Shown here one piece after another: positions 9,396-18,070 of a stretch of DNA of 34,316 bases. The notes beneath the pieces were generated by a model, which did no database searches, had not been told where the DNA came from, and was given only the letters and a program-made list of their open reading frames with translations. Every line of letters begins with the position of its first letter. The stretch's first letter is position 1. Source of the stretch: Candidatus Xenobia bacterium (lineage in GTDB: Bacteria > Vulcanimicrobiota > Xenobia > Xenobiales > QWHO01); NCBI GenBank assembly GCA_045863235.1, contig BTUM01000084.1, positions 1-34,316 on the forward strand, read 5' to 3'. Both the position numbers and the translations under genes were made by a program.

Positions 9396-10426
9396 GCGGC
9401 CTGGTCACGCTGGCGCTCGACCATCCCAAGCGCCAGAGCGACCGACTCCGGCAGGCGGTGGGCATCCTCCAGAAGGGTGGCCTCCTGCTCGTTCCCACCG
9501 AGATCGGCTACGTGCTGGCCGCTCGCGGCGACCGCCCCGAGACGGTCGACCGCCTGCTGGGCGAGCGCTGGGGCTATCCGGCCACGGTGCTGGTGACCGA
9601 CCTGAGCCAGGTGGGTCCGCTGGTGCGCTCGCTGCCTACCGAGGCCACTCCCCTCAGCCAGGTCTTCTGGCCCGGGCCCCTGGTGCTCACCCTGGCCCGG
9701 GGCGAGAAGGCGATAACCCAGCTCTCCTGTGGACAGACCAAGCTGTCTTTTCACGCTTCCTCGCACCCGCTGGCCCAGGCCATGGCCGAGCAGTGCCCCT
9801 TCCCGCTGGCCACCGTGCCCGCCCGCCCGGGCGATGAGGAGCGGGCTCAGGGCCGGCTGGAGTGGCGCGAGCCGCCTCTGGGCCTGGAGCCCACCGTGCT
9901 GGACCTGACCTCCTCTCCACCCCGGGTCACCACCCTGGGTTTCGTAAGCGTGGAAGAGCTGACCCTGGCCATGGAGGGCCGGCGCCCGCTCCTCTCCAGC
10001 GACGTGGCCACGCCCCAGCGCTTTACCCGCTACGCCCCCGCCGCCCGGTTGATCGTGGTCGAGGGTGACCCGGAGCGGGCCGCTCGCCGCATCAAGTTCC
10101 TGCGCGACACCTACGTGATGACCGAGAAGTGCTGCCTGCTGGTTACGCGCGAGTCGGCCGAGCGCTGGTTCGAGGGAGTGGGAGACGTGCGCGTGGTGGG
10201 CAGCCGCGACGACCTGCCGGGGCTCGGTCGCGAGTTGCAGGCCGCCCTGCGCGACATCGAGGCTCGCAGCGCCGCCTCGGTGGTGCTGGTCGAGGGGGTG
10301 GCCCGCGAAGGAGCGGGGATGGAGCTGATGGAGCAGCTCACCCGCTCGGCTCACCAGGTCATCAACACCGAGGATCCGGGCTTCGCCGGCCAGGCCGGTA
10401 TGCAGCCCCGGCAACGCAAGCGATGA
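9392..10426 (+). CDS. Sua5/YwlC-like protein (YrdC domain plus SUA5 C-terminal domain) with degenerate catalytic motifs
   Basis: GGLLLVPTEIGYVL, FWPGPLVL, PTVLDLT, RYAP linker and a C-terminal alpha/beta domain; directly upstream of a YwlE-like phosphatase, as in ywlC-ywlE synteny. KxR and SAN motifs not seen. Confidence 0.8.
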   Translation: MSGLVTLALDHPKRQSDRLRQAVGILQKGGLLLVPTEIGYVLAARGDRPETVDRLLGERWGYPATVLVTDLSQVGPLVRSLPTEATPLSQVFWPGPLVLTLARGEKAITQLSCGQTKLSFHASSHPLAQAMAEQCPFPLATVPARPGDEERAQGRLEWREPPLGLEPTVLDLTSSPPRVTTLGFVSVEELTLAMEGRRPLLSSDVATPQRFTRYAPAARLIVVEGDPERAARRIKFLRDTYVMTEKCCLLVTRESAERWFEGVGDVRVVGSRDDLPGLGRELQAALRDIEARSAASVVLVEGVAREGAGMELMEQLTRSAHQVINTEDPGFAGQAGMQPRQRKR

Positions 10427-10902
10427 GCCTGCCTCGCGTGCTCTTCGTGTGCAGCGGCAATACCTGCCGCTCGCCCATGGCAGCGGCCCTGGCCGCCTCT
10501 CTGGAGCCTGCGCTGAAGGCGTCTTCCGCCGGTGTCTCGGCAGTCCCCGATCAGAGCGCCTCGGAAGGCGCCCTGGAGAGCATGCGCGCGCGGGGCCTCG
10601 ACCTGGGCGCCCACCGCTCGCGCCGCCTCGATTCACGCCTCGTGGAGGAGGCTGACCTGATCCTGGTCATGACCCGCGCTCATCGCCGCGCGATCGAGAA
10701 GCTCTTTCCCTCAGCGATGAAGCGCCTGGCTCTTCTCACCGAATACGCCCGTCGGGGAGCCGAGGCTCTGGGCAGCCCGGACGGGGAAGACGTGCCCGAC
10801 CCCTTCGGGCGCCCGCAGAGCGTCTACGACGCTTGCGCCGAGGAGCTGGAGCTGGCCCTGCGCGCCGCCCGCGCTCACTGGTCGGAGATGCCGGTGGGGT
10901 GA
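10423..10902 (+). CDS. Low-molecular-weight phosphatase, YwlE-like (probable protein-arginine phosphatase)
   Basis: ATG at 10423 overlaps the upstream stop; P-loop VLFVCSGNTCRSPMA (the Thr in NTCRS is typical of YwlE), ADLILVMT, DVPDPFG. Confidence 0.88.
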   Translation: MSLPRVLFVCSGNTCRSPMAAALAASLEPALKASSAGVSAVPDQSASEGALESMRARGLDLGAHRSRRLDSRLVEEADLILVMTRAHRRAIEKLFPSAMKRLALLTEYARRGAEALGSPDGEDVPDPFGRPQSVYDACAEELELALRAARAHWSEMPVG

Positions 10903-10986
10903 GCCAGGTTCTCGCTGCGGAACCCCGGAAGGAACGACTCTACCGCGACCATTTCCTCCCGCGCTGAATCGGCCGACCAACTCGAT

Positions 10987-12972
10987 TCAGGAGCGCCGAC
11001 GCATCCTGACCGAGACATTCCCGACCGTCACGCTGTTCGGGCCGATGGCGACCCCGGCGCTGGGCGGCGGTGTCTCCCCGATGCCGAGTCGGGCTTGCAC
11101 CCGTCGGTTGAGATCGGGGTCGAGGTCGATCGCCTCGCAGAATGCGATCCACGCAGGAAACGGCGCCTTCTCGCTGCGCAGGATGTCGCCCATCAAGAGC
11201 ATGGCGGCGGGGAACTGGCCCTCCGGGGCCTTCAGGCGCACCAGGTCGACGGTCTTGCCGTAGACGTCGTCTGGGGTCGAGGCCGCCTCGAGGAAATTCT
11301 TCGGGACCTCCTCGAGCCGGGACTCTGGCGGCTCGGTCGCGCTCCAGCGGGAAACCAGCTCCCCCCATTCTCGGTCGGTTGGCTCCAGCGTTCCCCGATT
11401 GTCAAAGGCCTGCTCGACCCTGAGGTTCTCGGCCAGCGTCTCCGGTCTGGCGCGAGACTGGAAGCTCTCGACGGACTTCTTCACGATCTCCTCGATCGAG
11501 CCGGTCTTACAGCCGGCTGGCAGGAGCGGCTCGAGCACGGCCTGGAGGCGCGGATCGTCTGACAGGGCTCGGACCGCGTTGAGCAGACCTTGAGGCAGGT
11601 CGTCGAGGCGCTGGACCTGAGAAGCTCCCTTTTGAAGCTCCTGCATCAGCCGGTCAGGGCCATAGCTTCTGGCCAGCGGCGCCAGGCAGTCCTCCCAGGG
11701 CATGATCCAGCCCCTCGTCTGAAAGGTCTTCTCGGCGAGCGCGGACTGCCAGGGATAGGCATTCGCGGGCTCCTGGAGCAAGAGCCGCATGCCCTCGTTC
11801 ATGACCTGGTGTGTGTCGAATTCTCGGTCGAGCCCTGCGTCGAGCCGGGAGGTTGCCGCCAGGGTCTGCCCGGTGACCTGGGCAAGCTGCTCGGAGCTCG
11901 GCTTCCAGCCGCGCTGCAGGGCTTCCTCCAGGAACTTGAAGGTGCCCGGCACGGCCCCATGATCCCGCGCGCGCCTGAGCACGACGTGAGCGGTGTAGTC
12001 CCAGAGCTCGGGCTTCTCCTGGCAGCTCTCCTTGAGGTCGCTGAAGGCCCGGTGGGAGGCGTTCGGCTGCGGGCTCCCGATGAAGAGGGCGATCTGGTCG
12101 ATCAGGCCGGCATCGATTCGCTCAGGGTGGCGAAGCTTGATGGCCGAGAGCAGCGCTCCGGGCCAGTCCGATGCACTGGGAGGCCGATCGAGCCCGGCTT
12201 CGACCACCTGGGCGGGGAGCTGCTCGACAGCGTCGAGCACGGGCTCGAGCCGTTCGCGCACGAGCGGATCCTGGCTGCAGATGACGTGATAGAGCGCCTC
12301 CGAGCCCCCCTCGCTCATCCAGGGGCCCTGCGAGACCAGCTCCTTCAAAAGGGCCGTTCCGTCCGAGGCGCTCTTCAGAGCCCCTTCCGGGCCTTTGGCC
12401 TTGAGGAAGGCCTTCAACTCCGGGGAGGAGCGCCGGGTCCCGGGATAGTGGATCTCGCCGTCAGGCGTCACACGGGCAAGTTTCCCGGCCAGGCTGTCGA
12501 GCTTTATGGCGGGGGGGACCTGTTTGCCCCAGGCGGTCAGCTGAGCTCTGAGTTCCTGGACGAACTGCTCATCATCGGCTGCGGCCCGCACCTCGGGCTC
12601 GACATCCGGGTCCTGCGAGCGCGCCTGGAGCACCTGGGTCAGGTGGACCGTGCGCCGGAGCAGGTCGGCGTCCGGCCGCTCCACCTGGCGGAGCGCCTCG
12701 GTGAGCTCGGCGCGCTCCTGTCCCGTGTAGTGGGGGTCGTAGCGAGGCTCGTCCACCAGCCCTGCGATGATGCGCTCGAACTCGCGAGCCAGCCCCCCCT
12801 GTTGCCCGTGGCACTTCTGGGAGCGGGCCAGGCCCTGAAGGCTCCGGCGCGCCTCGGTTTCGACGTCTTGCTGGGCAAGGTAGGAGTCCACCGGCTGCGG
12901 GTCCACCCCGGAGCTTTGCTGGGGTGCCTGCCAGACAGCCAGGCGACTGGTCACCGAGGACACGGGGAGCAT
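10987..12972 (-). CDS. Large hypothetical, probably helical protein (661 aa) ending in a beta-hairpin/basic motif
   Basis: Long ORF; likely start MLPVSSVTS at 12972 because a longer version would overlap the divergent gene region; ends in GVAIGPNSVTVGNVSVRMRRRS. Confidence 0.75.
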   Translation of the reverse strand: MLPVSSVTSRLAVWQAPQQSSGVDPQPVDSYLAQQDVETEARRSLQGLARSQKCHGQQGGLAREFERIIAGLVDEPRYDPHYTGQERAELTEALRQVERPDADLLRRTVHLTQVLQARSQDPDVEPEVRAAADDEQFVQELRAQLTAWGKQVPPAIKLDSLAGKLARVTPDGEIHYPGTRRSSPELKAFLKAKGPEGALKSASDGTALLKELVSQGPWMSEGGSEALYHVICSQDPLVRERLEPVLDAVEQLPAQVVEAGLDRPPSASDWPGALLSAIKLRHPERIDAGLIDQIALFIGSPQPNASHRAFSDLKESCQEKPELWDYTAHVVLRRARDHGAVPGTFKFLEEALQRGWKPSSEQLAQVTGQTLAATSRLDAGLDREFDTHQVMNEGMRLLLQEPANAYPWQSALAEKTFQTRGWIMPWEDCLAPLARSYGPDRLMQELQKGASQVQRLDDLPQGLLNAVRALSDDPRLQAVLEPLLPAGCKTGSIEEIVKKSVESFQSRARPETLAENLRVEQAFDNRGTLEPTDREWGELVSRWSATEPPESRLEEVPKNFLEAASTPDDVYGKTVDLVRLKAPEGQFPAAMLLMGDILRSEKAPFPAWIAFCEAIDLDPDLNRRVQARLGIGETPPPSAGVAIGPNSVTVGNVSVRMRRRS

Positions 12973-13147
12973 GTGTAAGATTTCTGCGGGATTGGGGCAG
13001 CACCCTGCGCCGGGCTCCGCGCGACCGGCCGATGAGCCCTCGAGCTCACAACGCAACCAGATTCGCGTCCCCAGAGCAAGGCAGGGGAATGGCGATGCGC
13101 TGGGCCCAGGACAGGACCTTCTCCACCCGACCGCCAACCCCCAGTCC

Positions 13148-13891
13148 ATGACCACCGAATGGAACGCAGCCGGCTACCACCGCGTCAACGCTCTCCAGAA
13201 ATGGCTGGCAGAGGAGAGCCTGGCCCGACTGTCCCTTCAGAGCACCGACCGGGTGCTGGACGTGGGCTGCGGCGACGGGCGGGTGACGGCCGAGCTGGCC
13301 CGGCAGGTGCCGCAAGGCGCGGTGCTGGGGGTGGATCCCTCCCACCAGATGGTGGACTACGCCCGGCAGACCTACCCCGAGCCCAATCTCCGCTTTGAGG
13401 TGGGCGATGCCCGCGCGCTGCAGCTCGACAGCCGTTTCAACCGGCTGGTCAGCTTCAACGCGCTGCACTGGGTGCCCCGGGCCGATTTCTCGGCCGCCAT
13501 GACCTCGCTGCGCCAGGCGCTGGAGCCTTCGGGCACCGCCCACCTGCGCTTCGTGGGGCTGGGCTTGCGCCAGTCGCTCGAGTCGGTGGCCAGCGAGGTG
13601 GCTCCCTCCCACTCCGCCCCCTTCACCCACTTCACCCCAAACGAGTTCCGAGAACTGGCCGGCCGGCATGGCTGGCGGGTGGACCATCTGGAGATGCTCG
13701 ACCGCCACTGGGACTTTTCTACCCGAGAGGAGTTCGTGTCCTGGGCCCGGGTGACGTTCGTGGAGTGGACCAGAGAGCTGCCCGAGGAAGCCCGCGAAGG
13801 CTTCATCGAAGAGGTGTTGGAGCGCTACGAAAAGGTGACCGGAGTGCCCAACCGCTTCGCTTTCTACCAGATGGTCAGCCAGCTCAGCTGA
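13148..13891 (+). CDS. Class I SAM-dependent methyltransferase (Tam-like)
   Basis: MTTEWNAAGY start; VLDVGCGDG, VLGVDPS, FEVGDA, VSFNALHWV. Confidence 0.88.
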   Translation: MTTEWNAAGYHRVNALQKWLAEESLARLSLQSTDRVLDVGCGDGRVTAELARQVPQGAVLGVDPSHQMVDYARQTYPEPNLRFEVGDARALQLDSRFNRLVSFNALHWVPRADFSAAMTSLRQALEPSGTAHLRFVGLGLRQSLESVASEVAPSHSAPFTHFTPNEFRELAGRHGWRVDHLEMLDRHWDFSTREEFVSWARVTFVEWTRELPEEAREGFIEEVLERYEKVTGVPNRFAFYQMVSQLS

Positions 13892-14576
13892 CCAGGTCGA
13901 TGCGCTCCACGCTGCGCAGAACCGTACCGTCCTCCAGGCGCAGAGCGCCGTCGTCGGTCAGGTCCACGGCCAGGGCCTCATGCTCGCAGCCCTCGCTCAA
14001 GTAGCGCACCCGCGATCCCACCATCGGGCAGCGTCCACGCAACTCGTCGAGGAAGCTCGCCAGGCCCTCGCGCTCATAGCGGTCGAGGTAGCTGCTCAGC
14101 GAGCTGAGCACGGCCCGCAGTTGCTGCTCGAGCTCGACCTCGTGACCGAGCTCGAGGGCCAGGCTGGTGGCCACCAGCTCGGGTGGAAACTGGCTGTTGT
14201 TGACATTCAGGCCCACACCCACCAGGGCGAACTCGCAGCCGGAGCCCGATAAGCGGCTCTCCACCAGCACCCCGCCCAGCTTGCGCGTCCCGCAATAGAG
14301 GTCGTTGGGCCAGTGCAGCTGCCACTCCACGCTCAGGGCGGCTCCCACGCCCAGGGCCGCCACCAGCGACAGGCCCTCGATGTGGGGAGGGCGGAGCAGC
14401 AGGGTTAACCACAATCCCCCGGGCGGCGAATGCCAGCGATTGTCGCGCCGGCCCCGGCCGGCGGTCTGCTCGCCTGCGACCACCACCAGCCCCGCGGGGA
14501 GGCCCTCCCGGGCCCGATCGTAGGCCAGGCGATTGGTGGAGTCGAGGCTTGCGTGTCGTTCCAAAGTCCAATTCAT
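13884..14576 (-). CDS. birA: Biotin--[acetyl-CoA-carboxylase] ligase without an N-terminal HTH
   Basis: DSTN, QTAGRGRRDNRWHSPPGG, HWPND, KLGGVLVE, VGVGLNVN. Confidence 0.93.
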   Translation of the reverse strand: MNWTLERHASLDSTNRLAYDRAREGLPAGLVVVAGEQTAGRGRRDNRWHSPPGGLWLTLLLRPPHIEGLSLVAALGVGAALSVEWQLHWPNDLYCGTRKLGGVLVESRLSGSGCEFALVGVGLNVNNSQFPPELVATSLALELGHEVELEQQLRAVLSSLSSYLDRYEREGLASFLDELRGRCPMVGSRVRYLSEGCEHEALAVDLTDDGALRLEDGTVLRSVERIDLVS

Positions 14577-14669
14577 GGGATTGGCTCCTGACTGGAGGAG
14601 GCTATCCTCCCTGATGCGAATCGGGTGTTTAGAGAAAGGTGTTGTTGCCCGTTGAAGAGGGGAGAGTTC

Positions 14670-14873
14670 ATGTCCGTATACAAGATGCTTGAGATCGTTG
14701 GCACTTCCAAGGAAGGCTACGAGCAGGCGATTCGCGAGGCGATCGAAAAGGCCGCCCGCACGGTTCGGAATATGAGCTGGTTCGAGGTGATCGAGCAGCG
14801 GGGCACGGTGATCGACGGTAAAGTCGGCGAGTACCAGGTCAAGCTGAACGTGGGCTTCCGCATCGACGACTGA
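14670..14873 (+). CDS. Dodecin (flavin-binding)
   Basis: SD GGGGAG before ATG at 14670; VYKMLEIVGTS...AIREAI..A.RTVRNMSWFEVIEQRG...YQVKLNVGFRI. Confidence 0.95.
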   Translation: MSVYKMLEIVGTSKEGYEQAIREAIEKAARTVRNMSWFEVIEQRGTVIDGKVGEYQVKLNVGFRIDD

Positions 14874-14900
14874 GCGCGTCGGTCAGCCAGCTCGACAGAG

Positions 14901-14929
14901 GTCAGGCGAACAGCCTGGCTTCTTTTCTT
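14901..14929 (+). terminator. Probable intrinsic terminator between convergent genes
   Basis: Stem GTCAGGC, loop GAACA, GCCTGGC, followed by TTCTTTTCTT. Confidence 0.5.
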
Positions 14930-15369
14930 CATGGAGCGACCGGGGGTTCAGGGGATTGGGACGCAGGAGCGATCGGGGTCGGGGACACCACCGGCTCGAT
15001 CGACTCCTTATTGGCCCGCACGTAGCAGTTAAGCGGGTTCCCCTTGCGGTCGCGCACCCGCATCCAGCAGTTGCCCTGGCTGTCCTTGGCATTGAGCAGG
15101 ACCTCGTCAGCCCCCCCTCGGCCCACATCGGCCTGCAGGATGGTGCCGGGAGCAAAGCCGTGCACCACCCGAGAGTCAGGGTTGGGCTCGGTGTGCCCTT
15201 TGGTGTAGACCAGAACCTTCCAGAGCGAGCCAGCCATTTCCGGGCCGCGCACTTCGCCGACTGCCAGGTTGGAGCCATCCCAGTTGTTCTTCTCGTAGTC
15301 GCCGCGGTCGTTGGGTTGGGCCAGGGCCGCGGCCAGAGTCAGGGCCAGGAGCAGGATCGTCAGTTTCAT
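14929..15369 (-). CDS. Secreted hypothetical protein (146 aa)
   Basis: Signal peptide MKLTILLLALTLAAALAQ from the ATG at 15369; two Cys (GNCWMRV, NCYVRAN); Pro-rich tail. Confidence 0.75.
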   Translation of the reverse strand: MKLTILLLALTLAAALAQPNDRGDYEKNNWDGSNLAVGEVRGPEMAGSLWKVLVYTKGHTEPNPDSRVVHGFAPGTILQADVGRGGADEVLLNAKDSQGNCWMRVRDRKGNPLNCYVRANKESIEPVVSPTPIAPASQSPEPPVAP

Positions 15370-15520
15370 GCTGGCGGCCTTCGTTCGCCAGGCTCCGTCC
15401 CCTGCGCCCCCCACTTCCCCCCACGCCTCCCACTTTCTCCCCCAGAAACCAGAAAGCGCCCGAAGGCGCTCTTCTCACGGCTGGGACTCTGACAGCCTGG
15501 CACGGTCAACGCGCTGAAGT

Positions 15521-15805
15521 CTAGAAGTCGTCCACTTCCACCTGCAGTCCCTGGCCGCGCAGGTAGCGGGCCACCTTCTGGCAGTCCTCCTTCTCGCCTT
15601 CGAAGCACACCGCGCGGCCGGTGGTGTGGGCGGTGAGCATCACCATCTCGGCGCACTGCAATGAGCAGCCCGTGGCCTTCTGTAGCCAGAGCACCACGTC
15701 GTCAGCTTTGTGCACATTGTCGTTGTAGAGGATCACCCGCCAGTTGCGCTGGGGTTTTGCCTTACTTTCCGTGATTTCTTCGATGACCGGGAGGGTCGGG
15801 GCCAT
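15521..15805 (-). CDS. clpS: ATP-dependent Clp protease adaptor ClpS-like protein
   Basis: WRVILYNDNVH, A..VMLTAHTTGRAVC, L..QGLQVEV; SD AAAGGGTG. Confidence 0.85.
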   Translation of the reverse strand: MAPTLPVIEEITESKAKPQRNWRVILYNDNVHKADDVVLWLQKATGCSLQCAEMVMLTAHTTGRAVCFEGEKEDCQKVARYLRGQGLQVEVDDF

Positions 15806-15866
15806 GCTTTCACACCCTTTCTAGGAAGTTGTTCAAGAAATTTTAATGAAGACTTTTCGAGCCGAT

Positions 15867-15914
15867 CCACAACATCTTGGGGTGGTGGGTGATGTGCTCC
15901 ACTACATGTTGTGG
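15867..15914. promoter_or_regulatory. Tandem NrdR-box-like 16-bp imperfect palindromes
   Basis: CCACAACATCTTGGGG (15867-15882) and CCACTACATGTTGTGG (15899-15914), starting 32 bp apart; both resemble the NrdR consensus acaCwAtATaTwGtg. Confidence 0.65.
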
Positions 15915-15968
15915 TTTCGACCCCTGTCGAGTGCCTTCGAAACGGCTCGGTTACGCCAGAAATTAATA

Positions 15969-15998
15969 TTGACAGTCTTTCTACCATACCCCTATAAT
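15969..15998 (+). promoter_or_regulatory. Sigma70/SigA promoter of the dcw operon
   Basis: Perfect TTGACA (15969-15974), 18-nt spacer, perfect TATAAT (15993-15998), in AT-rich DNA. Confidence 0.9.
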
Positions 15999-16009
15999 GG
16001 GGGTGCGAT

Positions 16010-16043
16010 GTGGGAGAAAGTGGAGGACGGTGGTAGGTAGTGG
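16010..16043 (+). promoter_or_regulatory. MraZ-binding repeat array
   Basis: GTGG at 16010, 16020, 16030 and 16040 (exact 10-bp period); the last copy overlaps the mraZ GTG start. Confidence 0.85.
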
Positions 16044-16489
16044 AGGAGACCCACTACCTCTTTTCCGGAACCTATGAGCACTCGTTGGATGACAAAGGCC
16101 GTCTGACGATACCTTCCTCCTTTCGCAAGGACTTTATGGATGGCGCAGTTTTGCGCAAAGACAAGTCTGGGTGCGTGGAGATTCTTCCTCGCTCCGCATG
16201 GAACCTTTTTCTAGAAAAGCTTCGCGGCATCTCGCGAACCGATGCGAAAGCCCAACGCTGGGTCACTCATCAGCTCGCCGGGGCGCTGCAGACCGAGCTC
16301 GACAAGCAAGGCCGCGTCCTGCTTGGCAACGACATGCGAGCCCACGCCGGCCTCCAGGGAGGCTCGGTGGTGGTGACCGGAGCCCTCGACCGCCTCAAGG
16401 TTTGGAGCTCCGAGCGGTGGACCGAGTTTGAGGCCGAGGCCGATGCGGAGGATCTGGATGAATATGTCAACCAAAACTACCAAATCTAA
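16040..16489 (+). CDS. mraZ: Division/cell-wall transcriptional regulator MraZ
   Basis: FSGTYEHSLDDKGRLTIPSSFR and ELDKQGRVLL (two DxKGR repeats), DRLKVWS..W. Confidence 0.96.
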   Translation: MEETHYLFSGTYEHSLDDKGRLTIPSSFRKDFMDGAVLRKDKSGCVEILPRSAWNLFLEKLRGISRTDAKAQRWVTHQLAGALQTELDKQGRVLLGNDMRAHAGLQGGSVVVTGALDRLKVWSSERWTEFEAEADAEDLDEYVNQNYQI

Positions 16490-16637
16490 GCTGTCTGACT
16501 CCAAGTTTCCGCTCAAGCTGGGCCTGCCTCCCACGCCCCCCTGGCGTCGGCGGGTGCCGGCTCCGGGGCCGGGCTCGGGCGCGGGTCGCAAGATCGGCGT
16601 GCAGTTGACCGTGGTTCAGGGCGGCCAGGCCACCTGA
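16464..16637 (+). CDS. Putative small basic protein (57-59 aa) between mraZ and rsmH
   Basis: SD GGAGGA at 16447-16452; ATGs at 16458 and 16464 inside the mraZ 3' end; TGA ends 1 nt before the SD-less TTG of rsmH. Confidence 0.45.
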   Translation: MSTKTTKSKLSDSKFPLKLGLPPTPPWRRRVPAPGPGSGAGRKIGVQLTVVQGGQAT

Positions 16638-16638
16638 T

Positions 16639-17580
16639 TTGAACTATCACGTCCCGGTGTTGCTCGAGGAGGTCGTGGACCTGCTCGAGCCTCAGCCGGG
16701 CGATGTCGCGGTAGACCTTACACTCGGAGGAGGTGGTTACGCCCAGGCCATTTTGGACAAGCTGGGAGCCGCGGGGAAGCTGATCGGCATCGACCAGGAC
16801 GAGGATGCTCTGGCGGAGGCCGGTCGTCGGCTGCGTGGCTACCCGGGATTTACGGCCGTAAAGGGCAATTTTGGAGACTTCAGCGAGTTGCTCGACGAGC
16901 GAGCGGTAGGGGAAGTGAACCGGTGTGTTCTGGATCTGGGAGTTTCCTCGCACCAGCTCGATCGACTCGAACGAGGCTTCAGCTTCCGAGGCGACGCTCC
17001 GCTCGACATGCGGATGGATCGCGACGCCGCGGGCACCGCCGCCGACCTTCTGGCCGTGGCGGAGTGGGAGGAGCTGGTGCGCATCCTTCGAGAGTATGGT
17101 GAGGAGCGTTATGCTTCCTCAATCGCCCGAGCAGTGGTCCGCGAGCGGGAGAAGGCCCCCATCGAAACCACCGGACAACTCGTCCGGATCATCGAGGGGG
17201 CCGTTCCTGCCGCCGCGCGGAGGGGACCCATTCACCCCGCCACCCGCACCTTTCAGGCGCTGCGAATCGCCGTCAATCGAGAACTCGAACAGCTCGAAAG
17301 GGTGATTCCGCAGATCGTCGACCGGCTTGCGCCGGGAGGGCGACTGGCGGTGGTGGCCTATCACTCGCTGGAGGACCGGATCGTAAAAGAGAAGCTGCTC
17401 TCTTACTCAGGACGATGTGTGTGCCCTCGAGAGTTCCCGGTGTGCCGGTGTAACCCCGTCAGAGTGCTGGAGATCGTCACCAGAAAGCCGGTTCGTCCCG
17501 GCCCCGAGGAGGTAGAGCGCAACCCCCGGTCTCGCTCGGCGCGCTTGCGCGTGGCCGAGCGAGTTGGTCGAAACCTTTGA
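16639..17580 (+). CDS. rsmH: 16S rRNA m4C1402 methyltransferase
   Basis: HVPVLLEE, DLTLGGGG, DLGVSSHQLD, RGFSF, PLDMRM, HPATRTFQALRIAVNREL, HSLEDRIVK, NPRSRSARLR. Confidence 0.98.
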   Translation: MNYHVPVLLEEVVDLLEPQPGDVAVDLTLGGGGYAQAILDKLGAAGKLIGIDQDEDALAEAGRRLRGYPGFTAVKGNFGDFSELLDERAVGEVNRCVLDLGVSSHQLDRLERGFSFRGDAPLDMRMDRDAAGTAADLLAVAEWEELVRILREYGEERYASSIARAVVREREKAPIETTGQLVRIIEGAVPAAARRGPIHPATRTFQALRIAVNRELEQLERVIPQIVDRLAPGGRLAVVAYHSLEDRIVKEKLLSYSGRCVCPREFPVCRCNPVRVLEIVTRKPVRPGPEEVERNPRSRSARLRVAERVGRNL

Positions 17581-17608
17581 CACCAACTTTGTTTATTGGA
17601 GGGTTCAC

Positions 17609-17986
17609 GTGGAATCTTTACGGCCGGCGCATCTGCCCAAACCCCGCATGGAGAAGCGCCCCGTTCGGCCGGAGCTCATCCCGTGGTCCTATCCCCTGCT
17701 CGGCTTCGTGGTCGTATCCGTGCTCCTGGTTCTCTATCTCTGTCAGTTCGCCCAGATCGTCAGCTCGCAGTACAAGATGGTGGCGCTGAAGGAAACGCGT
17801 AAGACGCTTCTTCGCCAGCAGCAAGACCTCGAGCTCTCGGTGCAGCGTCTGACTTCGCTGGAGAGAGTGGAGTCGGTGGCCACCAAGCGCCTGGGGATGG
17901 TGCTGCCCGAGCTGCGAGAAACGCTGGACGTGGGCGTCTACGCTGCCAAGCCGCGAGACCTCGCGGTCGTCTCTGCCCGTCCCTGA
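17609..17986 (+). CDS. ftsL: Cell division protein FtsL-like
   Basis: SD GGAGG then GTG at 17609; one transmembrane segment, a coiled coil and LERVESVATKRLGM; lies between rsmH and the PBP gene. Confidence 0.8.
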   Translation: MESLRPAHLPKPRMEKRPVRPELIPWSYPLLGFVVVSVLLVLYLCQFAQIVSSQYKMVALKETRKTLLRQQQDLELSVQRLTSLERVESVATKRLGMVLPELRETLDVGVYAAKPRDLAVVSARP

Positions 17987-18070
17987 TCGAGGCCAAATAA
18001 GCGTTCGACAGGGAATCCTGCTCGACTCTTGAATCACGTTCAAGCTCAAACTCTGCGGAGGGAGGTCGCC

